A DNA stretch of 64,000 bases from Anthoceros angustus (lineage: Eukaryota > Plantae > Anthocerotophyta): positions 62,001-126,000 of the forward strand of contig VJWM01000273.1 in assembly GCA_010909165.1 (NCBI GenBank), given 5' to 3'. The translations under genes were made by a program, and so were the position numbers. Shown here one piece after another: positions 51,817 to 64,000 of this stretch (position 1 is its first letter; each line of letters starts with the position of its first letter). Below the pieces are notes generated by a model. It was not told the DNA's origin, did no database searches, and saw only the letters and a program-made list of their open reading frames with translations.

Positions 51817-52869
51817 GCTCGTACTATGTAACTTCCTGAGAGTGACCAGTGCATGAAAGCCCGATTGTCTGACCGTAGACTGCGTCGACAGACTTTGAGC
51901 TATAGCCACCCGGCTAGGCAGAAAAATCACAACTCTCAACGAAAGGGAATGCCAGGCAAATGAACTCGAGAGTCATATCCACCTGTTTCAAGTACCCGCC
52001 TGCAAGAAAGGAGATGACAGCATCCCAAGACCAATACAATCACGGGGAGTACTGATCGGCGAGTCTTACCGGGAAGACCGGTTTGTAGAGGGGAGCAAGA
52101 AGACGGCAGTACCTACTCCAGACATTCGATGTAAAGCTAGCAGACAACCCGAAACCTGTACCCTGTGCAACTCGTCTTCGAGACATACCTGGAACTATGA
52201 GCGAGCCCTCAATCTCTGCCAGCTAACACCATAGTGAAGCCAAAGGAGCAAAATGAGGCAGAAGAGAGCAACAATAGATGCGAAAACCCTGGGAACGAGA
52301 CGTGTGACACTACTAGGCCAGTTGCTCAAAGAAGAAGTGACGCATGCAAGCGTTGATGCTTGAACGTACCGCTTGAGCTGCAAAGGGTGCCAGGCGCAAA
52401 TCGCCAGACGTGTGTGACTGGACACACAGTCCGGAGGAGAGACTGGAGGAGGTCAAAATGTAAGGGAATGTACAGGATCGACTCACAGCTACAGGGCCAC
52501 ATGGATGAAATCACGAGATTCGGCAGCAACCGGTGCACGAGATCCCGCAGCAAGCACCAGCTGGTGGGGCAAAGCTGAAGGTCCTGGAATGTCGCTGTGC
52601 CTCGGTCTACAGCGCTGCTTGCCGCGGTGCGCCACAAACAGGGATGAACGCAGCTCCCCCGATAGGCGAGGGAGGGAGGAAGGGTTCAGGCATACCCTCG
52701 CCTTCCCACGACACCATCTTACGGCGTATTGTTTCCTAGACGTCTCTGTTTCGTGGATACCTATTACTAATATAGATACCATACCTACGTCACATGTATG
52801 TACGTACGCATATAGGCAGATACATAAGCATATGCATACATATTACCTCCTGCCAAGAACAATTTATTA

Positions 52870-53290
52870 AAAAGAATGGTCGGGAAAACCCATCTACCCA
52901 TAACCGAAGGGGACAATCCACTCAAGGGCTAAGAGCCAAGGGGGGCTAGCCCTCACATATGCCGGGACAACCCACTCAAGGGCTAAGAGCCAAGGAGGCT
53001 AGCCCCCACGAACGCCAACCCCGAAGCTATCTGCCGCCCCGATTATGTCGTGGTCCGAGATGAGGAAAGGCCTACCTACAACTGGTGCCGATGATGCCAC
53101 GTCTCCTGCCCTCGTCACCATCCTGTAAATAGCATTGGCCAGCGCCCTTTGCAAGGCCATGGATATCCATTGTCGAAAGAAAGCCACCACCGAGGAAAGA
53201 GGGAGACCCACCCCGTTCCGATGAGTGTGGTAGGCTTTAGCACAATCCTTAATGAGCCGGGAAAAATCCTTGCCCATAGCCCCGCCTCCC
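52870..53290 (-). mobile_element. 5'-truncated non-LTR retrotransposon end with restriction-like endonuclease C-terminus (CRE/R2-like)
   Basis: GAMGKDFSRLIKDCA...FFRQWISMALQRALANAIY resembles the G.LG...R.S.ALQR.NA end of RLE elements; AATAAA on the minus strand at ~52863-52868. Confidence 0.65.
52910..53010. repeat. 54-bp direct repeat x2 in the 3' UTR of the RLE fragment
   Basis: gggacaa(t/c)ccactcaagggctaagagccaagg..gctagccc at 52910 and 52964. Confidence 0.85.
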
Positions 53291-53299
53291 CTGGCACTT

Positions 53300-55895
53300 C
53301 TATTGGCTCTGTTCCCTCTTCAGGGATCACTTCTTTGGGTGGCACTTCTGGTCCTGCTCTGCAAGAAACTGGTCTTCCAACAGGATTGTGTCTCGATATG
53401 ATCCCGCTTTTGGAAGACGGGACTTATCTGCTGAGTGGTAGATGGAGAGGTAGCTGATTGTCCGTTTTTGTTTGTCTTTTTGATCAGGACAGGCTCTTTG
53501 GATGCACCTCCGCATGGAATTTCTCGCAGTGTGCAAATTGATGAACTTGGTCGCTGCTTTTTGTTCAACCAAAAGGAGACCTCAGTTTCTGGTTTGTCCA
53601 TCTACTATACGCTAATAGAGCCTTTGAATGGATCTCTCCCGGTGATCTTTTCATATCAGTCTTGGAAAATTGTGAGGAAGAAGTGTTGGCATATTTTGAT
53701 CTCATTGTGTTTGGATGGAAATACCTAGAGAATATCTCCAAGAGTTTATATCGCCCCAAGGATTTCTTTACGGGTTTTGATATTACTGACCATGCTAGTA
53801 TGAATGCATGTATCTGTATGTCTGCCAAACGGCTTTTCCCTTTTATTGACAAAGCCACAGTCTCGTCAAATGACCCCTCCTCCTTACACGTCCAGTCTAT
53901 GTCCTTGGATATCCTACATCACCCCGCTTACGTACTTGCGTTAGCAAGGGGCTAAACCCCACTAGAATACCACCAGTGGTTGATGCTCTGGTAACTGCCT
54001 TTGTGCATGTCATTGAGATTCTTCAAAAACGTGGACATCAAGCTTTTGATTGTAATGGATTGACCTTTGTGTCAAAGCCCAATAAACCTGATTTTATTAT
54101 GTGGTGGTTTATATGGAAACCGCTACCATGGAACGCAATAAGAGACAGCATACCGCATCAAAGACATGACACATGTCTTTGAAGAACCTTCCCCATCAAG
54201 AATGAAATCTCTTGGTTATTCGTGCGAAGACTTGTATATCTACTGCCCGACAAAGCTAGACTACACCGCTTGCTTTCATCCGCAGACACATAAGGCAACA
54301 AGTAATCAGCAAGCACTGGCCTTAGTTTGGATTTAAAACTCTAACTCTTTCTGCCTCAATCTTGCTCGGAGTGAGACCAAAGTGAGATTTCCTCCTCCTT
54401 AGGAGTTAGAGAATGATACTTGAGCTTTGGCCAGCCATGGACGATGGCCACTTTCAAAGGCAACACACAGGTTGGAAATATAGATGGCTTACCAATGCTG
54501 CTCAATTGTTTATTTCTTCTGTCAGAAATGATCTATTGACCATAGCCTAACCAAAGCTTTGTTCCCTGCGGCCGAAAGAATGGGCCCAAACGCAATCACA
54601 AAGACACCCTACCCTGCTGTTCTGGGCGTACAAACCTCCTTGTATTGGATCCATGGACTCCACTTTGGATGGCTTTTAAACCTCGCCAAACATGAGGTGC
54701 ATGATCTGCCTAGCCCCATGTATATTGCATCACCGCTATGAGGCAATCCTACTAGTGATTCGATGCACTCAATGACTGCTGCTATTTTGGCAAACATTAC
54801 CGCTTTTAAGGCTAGTGAACAAGGGCTTCACATCCTCAAAGAATTTGACAGCCATTTCAAGATGTCCGCTTTGACCATGCGCCTTTCCTTCAATTCCATG
54901 GTGCCGAGCCTCTTGGTAGTATGCCTCCAAGAGGCTTGTCTTTTACACAAGAGCGATTGGGTGCTCTCCACTTTCTTTATGCAAACTCCGCTTATGTCCA
55001 ATCAATTGTCAATAAGTGTTTGCTGCAAAGATCTTGGCATACCTAGGTTTCTCTGCTCCGCTTCCTGGTGCAGTGTCAGATTTTTTTCTCGCTATGAAGT
55101 CTACAGCCATTCTGCATTGGCTAAGCTTGAAGACTTCGACTCAGCGGCCTTGTTTGCACATGCTCCAAGACACATGGACGACCTGTGTTGGTTTAACACC
55201 AGTATCCCTAATCAATTCCTGGATCCGGCTACACCAAGGACCCCAGATTCGCCATTTTGGATTCATCCCTTGGATGTGGTGGCTATTGAACCCGAGATCC
55301 ATAAGTTTGGGGAAGATTTGGAAGGTAACAAGATTGGGATTGCTGCTCACTTCTTGTCTTTTCAATTCACTATCATAGACCCTGTGCGTGGACTGATTTC
55401 TTTCACCAAATATGATAAAAGAAGGGCACCCCCCTTCAAGTGTGCTCAGTTCATTCACTTGGAGTCTAACAGATCTGTCTCTCAAGCATACAAGGTTATT
55501 ATCTCGCAGGTTTTTCCTTTGCCATATATTTGCTTCACAGCGGAGGCAATTTTACACGAGATTTTGGTGATGGTCAACACCTTTATGGCTAATGGCTTCC
55601 AGGAAGCAAGATTGCTGAGAATCATTGTCAGGTTCTTGCAACGAAGCTCTTTCCCCGATGCGAGAGTGGCCAAGGAAGACATTCTCGTAATGCTTTATGC
55701 TCCAATGCCTTCTATCCTTCCTGACTATAATTGTGGTATTCCCACCCACGCTTGCTCCTTACAATAAATTTCTCCCTCAGCAAAAAGATCCTCCGTGCTA
55801 TGGTGCGTATCTCACTAAGGCCTGCATATTGCGCTACCTCGGTATGGATTCTTTCAAATCACTGTTGGTGGAGGGTATTTACATAACAGGAGGTA
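53300..55895 (+). mobile_element. Penelope-like retroelement (RT clearest in ORF 54763-55767), degenerate
   Basis: DLGIP..CS..WCS..F..YE, RHMDDLCWFN, AHFLSFQF, KYDKRR.PPF....FIHLESNRSVSQAYKVIISQV, FMANGF: PLE-type RT and thumb. No GIY-YIG recognised. Confidence 0.75.
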
Positions 55896-56052
55896 CGTAT
55901 ATACATACATATATATACATATATACATATATATACATATATACATACATACATACATATATACATATATATATACATATATACATACATATATATATAC
56001 ATACATACATACATATACATATATATATATATATACATACATATATATACAT

Positions 56053-56083
<31 letters not shown>

Positions 56084-56200
56084 CATATATACATATATAT
56101 ATATATACATACATACATACATACATACATACATACATACATACACACACACATACACACATACACACATACATACATATACATGGTATGTATGTATGTG
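55896..56200. repeat. Compound (TA)n/(TACA)n/(CA)n microsatellite, ~300 bp
   Basis: Direct reading; orientation flips to (TATG)n at ~56186. Confidence 0.97.
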
Positions 56201-56299
56201 ATAAAGCATCACTTACACTTTGTTGCCTGCCAACCAGCAGCTATTGCGTTTTCAATTTTATGTTTTCGATACCGTGTATCATGATACTAACTAAGTTCT

Positions 56300-57300
56300 T
56301 AGATATCGGCTACTGCTCATTTACCTTGCCGCCTATGTTGCGCCAATAAAAGCCTTGTGTCCCGTGGATGCTTTGCAACACTAGTTCTTGGGATCTGCAC
56401 CTTCATGATAGCTCATCTTAATTTTTGCTCTCCTTATACCTATAGCAGCTTAGTAGCCTCCAAATTTAATCTTGCATTCTTGTCGGCTCCCTCCCGCCGA
56501 TCCTCACCCCTATCCGAACCCCTAGCTTGGGACTCTTGTTACTTTGGTGTTCTTGGGAAGACCGCCAACTTGGTGGCCTACATGGCTCACAAGTGAGTTT
56601 GCTCACCGCTCAAACCTTCACAATTTTTCTCAGGTTAACTGTCCGCTTCATGCTCTTGTTCCAATTTGTTAGTGCCGGATTTTCCTTTGCTAAAGGTGTA
56701 CTTGCTTGCCGATCAATGTTTTCCTTTGATTGCAAATTCAGCAATGTGTTTGCAAATACAAGGTGTGGTGGTAGGGTTTGTCATCACGCCGTGCCATGGA
56801 TCATCCATTCCAAATTAAATCCATGCCAAGGAGGTCCCTTTTGGAGAAGATGAAGGGGGACGGAGCTGCCCCCACCAACACCGGCCTTTATGCTTACAGC
56901 CAGCCCAGGACGCCCACAGTTTGGTGTGCTTGGATGTTCCTGAGTTTCCTCATCGCTGATTTTTGTCTCATCACCATGAGGTCCGTAGGTTATGGGCGTG
57001 TGGTCATGTTTCTTAAACAAGATGATTGTACACACTCCACACTTGCTTTGGATGATGCCATTTGTGTATAATGTTCCATAACTAACCGGATGAACTCATG
57101 CTCTATACATACAAGGTGTTCTTTTATGCTTTTTGGTGACTTCCAAGATGGTGGTTGCCACTTGGCTAGCTACTTGTTGGTCTTTGCTCAACTCCGTTGA
57201 TTTCAGTATGCAATGTATTTCATTTGCCCATCCACGAGCTAGTTCTACCCCCCGAATCTCGCACTATAAAAGTTTGAGTCGATTCCAACGAAGTCATGCA
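56300..57300 (+). mobile_element. Degenerate L1-type LINE 3' fragment (zf-RVT-like plus RNase H-like)
   Basis: CRLC..., LWCSWEDRQL (cf. W.IW.ERN), KGDGAAPTNTG (cf. DGA..GNPG), TSKMVV (cf. GDS.LVV). Confidence 0.45.
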
Positions 57301-57423
57301 AGTCCTCAAACGAGGCAATTGGCAAGTCATTGTGGCTTGTATATATGCACATACACGCATGTCTTGTGGTCGCCCGCACCGACGCCTTCCCCGCCTCCTG
57401 GCTTGATTTCTCACTTTTTTAAT

Positions 57424-57683
57424 TGTTTGAGTGTGACGAGATGAGACCGTCTGGGATACAGATCTGGTGGCCTTGGGCTACCCTAGAAATTCTGATGGCA
57501 TCGTTGTGAAGGTTGTGCAAGCGGTTGTTGCCAAAACTGAATGAATAATACAATACAAAATGTTTACAAAAATGTGTTTAAATACCCATGACCTAGAGTC
57601 ATGTTATTTCACTTCAACTAAACATATTTAATCTAAATTAAATATATACAACCCTAAGTGTGACAGAGATTGTTATTTTAACA
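57424..57683 (-). repeat. 3' LTR (260 bp) of a Ty1/copia element
   Basis: TGTT...AACA ends, immediately preceded on the minus strand by the PPT GAGGAGGGAG (57684-57693). Confidence 0.8.
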
Positions 57684-57959
57684 CTCCCTCCTCAAGCTTC
57701 ACGCTTAGTACGCTTGTCCAAAGCGCCTACAAAACAAACAAAGCAAATAGTCCACAAGCCGCCAATAATTCTCCATGCATGGGCGCCCACTGCGGTAGAA
57801 AATACATGCATGCCAGAAGTCATAAAGCAAAGCCTCGGATTTGAAGAAAACTCATGAACAAACAACTTGAAGATAAATAACTCAATCGGTTGTCTGTGCA
57901 GCTTCATCCAATCGAAAGTTATCTCGTTTCCCATGTATTGTGTGCCATTCACATATGCT

Positions 57960-58540
57960 GAGTAATCACCCAGCCCTAAGCCATCCATATGCTTATAGTG
58001 TTTTGGCTTTGAAAGTGTTTTGGCTTTGAAAGTGCTTTGGTTAGAATGTCGGCCACATTATCATCTGTTCCAACAAAGCGAACCTTTGTTACCCCTCTAT
58101 CCACAGCATTCCTAATGTAGTGATGGGATATCTCTATATGCTTGGTGCGCACGTGGAAGCGAGGGTTAGCAACCAAGGCAAGGGCTGACATGTTGTCGCA
58201 AAATATGGGGGTAGGATCTCACAGTCCGCCTAAGTCGCAGTAAGAACCTCCTTCCCATTCACCTCCTTGGTGGCTTCGAGAGATTTATACCGCCTCCGCT
58301 GAAGACAAAGATATAGAGGTCGCTTTGCAACTCCAATTGACGGCGCCCCGCAAGAAGAAAGTAATATGTGGAGAGGTCATGACGGAGTCAAGATCGACGC
58401 CCAATCGGTATCCAGAAACCTTGTAGAATGAGTTTAGCCTGCTACTACGCTTTATATATGAGCCCATGTCAAAGTGCCTTTTAAGTATCCGAAAATACGC
58501 TTGATTAACCCAATGAGCTCCCCGCCCGTGTTTTAGGAAT
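57960..58540 (-). pseudogene. Ty1/copia RT-RNase H C-terminal fragment
   Basis: GAVNWSCKATSISLSSAEA and ALALVANPRFHVRTKHIEISHHYIRNAV...DNVADILTKAL. Confidence 0.9.
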
Positions 58541-58559
58541 CAAGATGACATCGTACTAA

Positions 58560-60480
58560 TCACAGCATCGGATGTCGCCCAGTCCAGCTTTGCATACAAA
58601 ATGACGCTATTATTGTACCGCAAACACGCCATATGGCCGGTTTTGGTATTTGTGCACAACATGCCACCGGCCAAAGACAAAGGACGCATGTCATCATGCC
58701 TGACAGCGACCGGGATGGTTAAAAATTTCGATGTCTACATGGCACCGTAGATGAACTCAAGAGTTATGGAGGGTGGACATGGAAGATTTCAATGCCGATA
58801 AACCATCCTAAGAGGCATTTCGTGTTACGCAGCTTTCTCGCACATCATTGCCGACACCCGGGTTGGGGACCCCATCGATTGGTGAAGTGAGGGAAGCGAG
58901 CGTGTATTGCCGGGTCGGACCTTGATTCTCGCTATTCCGTAGATTTGAAAAAGCCCGCTTATGTCGGATCGCTACACTACCAATGACAAGGACGGTGGAG
59001 GATGCGATTGGTTTGATGGATCGCGACCGATCCAAACCGAGGCCGCCAACGCTCGGCGATGATATGGGATATGGCACGCAGAGAAGCCGCGACACCGCAG
59101 ACGTCCGCACGGGCAACTTTGGAACCGAATGTCGCCCTTGTTCGTAGTCCGCCATATTGGCCACATGCTTGTGGGCGCCAAAGGATGTGATGCACGTGGA
59201 AAAAACAATGCAGAGGCCATATGGCACACGCCGACGGAGAGCGAGATGACATCGCATCGCGCATGGACATGGAAGCAAGCGAGGGAAAAGATGGTTGTGG
59301 CGAGGTGACGATGGCCAATACCGCCAGACGCTTTGTCCAAATCGACTTGAAGACCGTGATTGAGGGCATTAAACGCTCAAGTCGCTGTGCTATGGGTCCA
59401 ACATAGCACTAAGGTGGAAAGCGGAAAGTTGGTAAGTGCCATGATCGCACATTATGTTGGAAATCATATTCCCCATCGCTCTCCGGGTGCATAGAGCCGA
59501 GGTGTACAAGGTTGTAAAGCTAGGACGCCTTAATGGGTGGATTTGCCAATGGACGATACCGAGTCGGGACATCCAAGCACAAGAAGAGGCAAGTGAGGGT
59601 AATGTGCTCGAAAAGCAATTTCAAGATGTTTGATATATCAACCCACCTCATACTACACTTAGTGGACGAGGTGGCCGCTGGGCCCATCACACTAGGTGGA
59701 TGTACCCGTGGAGAGATATTTAGGATCCGTGAAGTGACAGGACGGCGAGACCCGAGTCCAAAGATAGCGGTGGGGTACATGCGTGAGGAGAGTTTGCATT
59801 GCATGACATTTCTCCGCTATTACGCCACGTGGGAGAAGCATGGACCGATGAACGATAGGGGAGAAGGTGCCGGGTGTCGCGTACATTATGGATGCCGTGG
59901 AGGCAAAGCATACATATGTGCTATATCACACGAGGTGATGCGCCTGCTCTGGACATGTACGAGGAAGAAGTGAGGACATACGGTGCAAGGGAAGGTCGGC
60001 GGACTTTCGTAGATCGGATCCACGGAAGAAGGGCTATGAACGCATGGGATGGGCATCCGTGCATGACCCATGAAGTGACCGCAATCATGGATGGCCTCGT
60101 TGTGCAAGCGGCACATAGTCACATGTGGAACAAAGGCGCCCACCTCGAATAGTGAGGCGACAACGCCGCCGAGTACAAGGATAGTGCGGTCCGCAAAGTT
60201 TATCATGATCGACAGGGCGGGCCACACTGAAGAGGAGCGCCTGCTCTACGGCACATAGAGCAATACTCCGCGTTCTCGCAGGAGTATCAACCAATTTTGT
60301 TGAAGGTTCGATGGTACGAGTGTCGCCCAGAGGGACAAGGCCATCCCTACGAAAGTCGACACCGGATTTGATATTGTAAACACGGGAAAGTTTGCGTGAA
60401 AGTGCGCCAATCGATGGTCCGCTTGTGTGGCCGCAGTGAATCGGTACGCCGCATCCGGAGACGATGGATGGTAACATAGG
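58560..60480 (+). pseudogene. CACTA/En-Spm TnpD-like transposase (Transposase_21, DUF4218 and DUF4216 regions), 5'-truncated
   Basis: IWPVLVFVHNMPP...KNFDVYMAP.DELK; KCHD; MFDISTHLILHLVDEVAAGP...AVGYMREE; LLKVRWY. Confidence 0.85.
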
Positions 60481-60699
60481 CCGGGCCATCGCGTGCCCAC
60501 ACCGCCGTGGGATGGAGGGATGAGGAGCGGGGAGGGAGGCAAGCGCGGGTGTGGCCTAGGAACGCCGATGGAGGGGCATAACTTTCCTGAGAAGTGAGCA
60601 AAGTAACCAACGCCACACCGCAAAACAACGTTGTCTTTAGTGGCGATTCGATGAAGACGGCGATTATCTGATCAAGCATTGATGCGCCTGCACTGCGCC

Positions 60700-61827
60700 T
60701 AACTGGGCAATATACTACATGCGTCGAATATAAAACGTGATTACGGAAGGTGAAGTGCATAGGAGGACTTGATCCGGCAAACAATAAATGATGACGCCGC
60801 CTACTTTGCCAACAAAGCCTTTTCCTATGAGCTTTGAATTCGCCAGACCACCATTGGCTTGGCAACCGCAGAAAGCCAATGCCTTCGATGGGACGATGGT
60901 GCCCACGAACGGGCAATGGATGGCTGACGCCGCGTACCACCGGAGTTTGGAGACATCGACAAGGCCAAGAGCACCATCGCGCGGCCGCCGACCAAACCGT
61001 AGGTGCGTGGGGAGGATGAGAGGCAAGCTCGGATCGGCTATCTCGGCCATCCACCCTGTGCACCCAGCCACTCCGATCCGCCAAGGCGCTGCAAGAGAAG
61101 GCCACCCGCCCCACAAAGGGACATCGAGAGTTGTGGGGAGAGGAAAATGGCACGGTACCAATGGCGATTTGAGGACATAGGAGACGTGGAACATCCCCCC
61201 AGAGGCGGACTTGGAGCATCGCGTCTGTCCAACGGGCGGGATGATGATGTTTTCGCCAAATGAGGTGGGTGGTTCGAGACTAGATTGAGCAAGAACGTGT
61301 TCATCGACACGTAGACACGTTGATGCAATTTGTTTCATGGACGCTATGCGGTGCACCTTGGCCGGGCACTGCTCATGCAGGAGGACATATGGAGGCAGCC
61401 CATGGCAGCACGGGAGGTGGTGGCGATCAGACAAGACACCAGGCGGACCGGCAACCTGTGGGGGGATGTCACGGCACGCAAGCACCGGATGAGGAATGGC
61501 GACACACCCGGCAAGGGGAGGTGAATTGACAAGCGGAGGAGGTGCAGGCCGGATGCCGATGGAGTGGTTTGTGAGGTGGACAACGATGCATCGTGACCTT
61601 GATAAAAGGCATGGCGTGAAATGGTTGAAGAGGCCTTGCAAAACAAAGGATGTGGAGGGAAGGGAACTGATGTTGTTCGGGGTCCGAAAGCTAAGGCACA
61701 AGAGCTGAAACGGACAAAGGTTGTGAATGAACTAGGGTACATGGCAAGATGGCGCGACGTTCCGAGAGGGGAAAAGGCATGGTTAGTGAAATCGGTGTCT
61801 AACGCCTTCCCTGATGATAATCAATAG
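60700..61827 (+). pseudogene. Second degenerate ORF of the CACTA element (TnpA-like position), product not recognised
   Basis: Fragmented + strand ORFs directly after TnpD, ending ...VSNAFPDDNQ*; call rests on position only. Confidence 0.35.
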
Positions 61828-64000
61828 CTCTTAGATAGAAGAGAAACAATGGAATGAATTGATTAATGAGTAAAGTACAAGCCTTTAAATAGGCTGGGTG
61901 GTTGGGTGGTTACAACAATATGTTGTTGTAACTATAACTACAACCTAAGTTAGCTCTAAATTAATGTTATGAGGCCCTAATGAATAGTGCCCTAAGCTAG
62001 ACCTATTTCATCACTCCCACTCACTATGAATGTAGGGGTGAATTCTAGCTTCAAAATGAGGTCTAAATCATAGACTCCCACTTAATCAAAAGTTATAAGC
62101 CTAAGAAAAGTACAACTTAAGGCTTGATGAATAAGTAAGCTGAAATAGAAAACTTAATATGTCCACCAAAATATTCACGAATAAGGTTGACAAATAATAG
62201 CTCGAAATAGGCTTAAAAGAGAGGCCTAAATATAAATAATATAAATAGAAAATAGGCCTAAATAAATAAAGGCCTAAAAGGCCAAAAGATATAAAATATG
62301 CATAATATCCGGCCTACAATAATAAATCCGGCCCTAAAATGATTTTAATGGATAAGCCAATACGGCTTATCCTAAATCGGGCCACCAAGGCAGGGCCTGT
62401 CGCAGACGCTTAACCGCACGGGCGGGGTGTCGAGGATAGCCGCCATTGCCCGGCCTCCTCCCTCGATCGCGCCGCGCCCGAGCTGCCGCGCCATCGTGCC
62501 GGGCCGCGCCCGCGCTCCGCCGCCGCGCTCCGCCGCAACCCGCTGTGGTCAGGCCGACTGGCCGCCCGCCGGACGCGTGGTTTGTGGTGCGCTCCTCCCC
62601 GCATAAAAATGCATGGACGGCGCCTCGGGTGAACCCGCCCATGTTGTTGTGTGACTCGTATTGTTGCGTTATAATATGACGCGCTCATAACGGTGAGATT
62701 CCATGTCCATTTGCCATTGCACATTTTCCTCATATTTTCCATTGTTCAATTGCATTTTCCATATCTCTTGCATGTTTGAATACGACTAATATACCTAATG
62801 TGGTGGCAGTCCTCGTCGGGAGGAAGCCGCCCCATGCTGCTCAAAGGACGAGGCCATAAGAAAATGAAAAGAGCAAACCGATAGCAAGAAGAAGAAGAAA
62901 CTTGCCGCGGAGAAAGGAAAAATTGAGCGGAAGCCGCCTGCGCATCTTGTGGTATAGAGATGCACTTGCACGGGTGAAGAGATCGATGTCGGGCCCCGGC
63001 CGTAATATAGGAAATGATATGGAAGATCCTAATTTCTCTTATGAATTCTCGCAAGCATGTGCCGAGGTGGCTAAACAGTGGAGAAATGGCCGATGGAGAG
63101 GATGACGTCTTGGTGGTACAAGCACTGAAATGCCGATGTTGTCATCAAAGAAGTCGAGGGGCTGGTAAGCCAATAATGCAAAATAAATTGCAATAAATAA
63201 TTTGATTGCATAAAAAATACTAATGATTGTTGATGTAGATAATCCAACTACCGAGGGCCTGGAGTCAGTATCCTGAGTGTCCCGGTATGACGACTTCAAC
63301 ATAGAAGAAGAGTGAGGAGTGGGACTCCATAAAACAGACGGAGGCCCCAGCAGTGTGTGTGAGGGCAGCCCAAGTGGAGAGCATATGCGCCCGACATAGG
63401 AGAAGTAGGAAAAGAAAAGTGAGTAGGTGTAAAACCTATAGTTAGGGGCTAGTAACTAGTGTAACCTATGCTAATGATAAGCTAATCTACATCTATTTTG
63501 CAGATGTGGAGAAAGGGTAGGCACAAGCCATGTGAGGTTTGCCCTACCTCTACAACCTATAACAAAACAAAAAAGGAAAATACCAAACTCCTATTTGCCA
63601 CTGAAACCTATGCGAGCAACATACATGGTGCTTCCGGGAGGAAAGGACACCACGAAGTCCCCATGGAATATGTATGTGAGAAAAGGGGATAAAAAATGAT
63701 GTGGTTAGGTGCATATCCATGTGAAGAGTACGAAGGACACACCAAGCACTTGTATAGTAAGTGACCTAACTTCCGAATGACTAACTCAACACCATTTTTC
63801 TTCCTGTAACCCATGGAGTGTTTTGTAGGGTCCTTTTGGGCATTAGAGAGAGAAGAGAAGGAGTGATGATTACTTGGAAATAGAAGAGGAAATAAACATG
63901 CTAGATAAACTTTGTGGATTGTAAAATTGGAAAATACCCACTAGCTAGGCTTAACCTCTTGTACTCCTAACATTTTCATGTGTTTTAAATGCAAATCTCT

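Noticed and set aside
55854-56284. YIYI/MYVC-rich ORFs in the ORF track
   Set aside because: Translation artefacts of the microsatellite.
52870-56300. Hammerhead ribozyme or pseudo-LTR expected near a PLE
   Set aside because: No CTGAnGA...GAAA core recognised by eye; a covariance search was not possible.
61830-64000. CACTA terminus or a hAT/other gene in the last 2 kb
   Set aside because: TAGTG at ~63458 and GGCCTA repeats at 62200-62340 lack a convincing TIR; short ORFs show no identifiable motif.

Overview
Eukaryotic, land-plant-like DNA (short GT-AG introns; probably a non-seed plant, by inference), almost entirely nested transposable elements. 1-30 kb: several copies of a GC-rich LTR-retrotransposon-like family carrying orphan ORFs but no visible gag-pol, including an ~8.5 kb duplication (1-8458 vs 15839-24477). 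Main discovery: an ~9 kb DNA-transposon-like insertion (36827-45882), flanked by a GTTTGTT direct repeat and splitting an LTR-element ORF. It carries two divergent genes: (+) a D-D-D transposase of the DUF7869/Sola-like type, and (-) an intron-containing gene fusing a ParB/Srx-like domain to a beta-class N6-adenine/N4-cytosine DNA methyltransferase domain with an atypical motif IV (DVPR). A second, diverged copy of the methyltransferase end lies at 10983-12420 and differs only at silent sites around motif I. Also present: the 5' half of an IDM1-related TDBD/PHD gene, an RLE-type non-LTR fragment, a Penelope-like RT next to a (TA/TACA)n array, and L1, copia and CACTA fragments. Single-base indels are pervasive, even in the host gene, so the frameshifts may be assembly errors. 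All domain calls come from manual motif recognition across frameshifts, not database searches.
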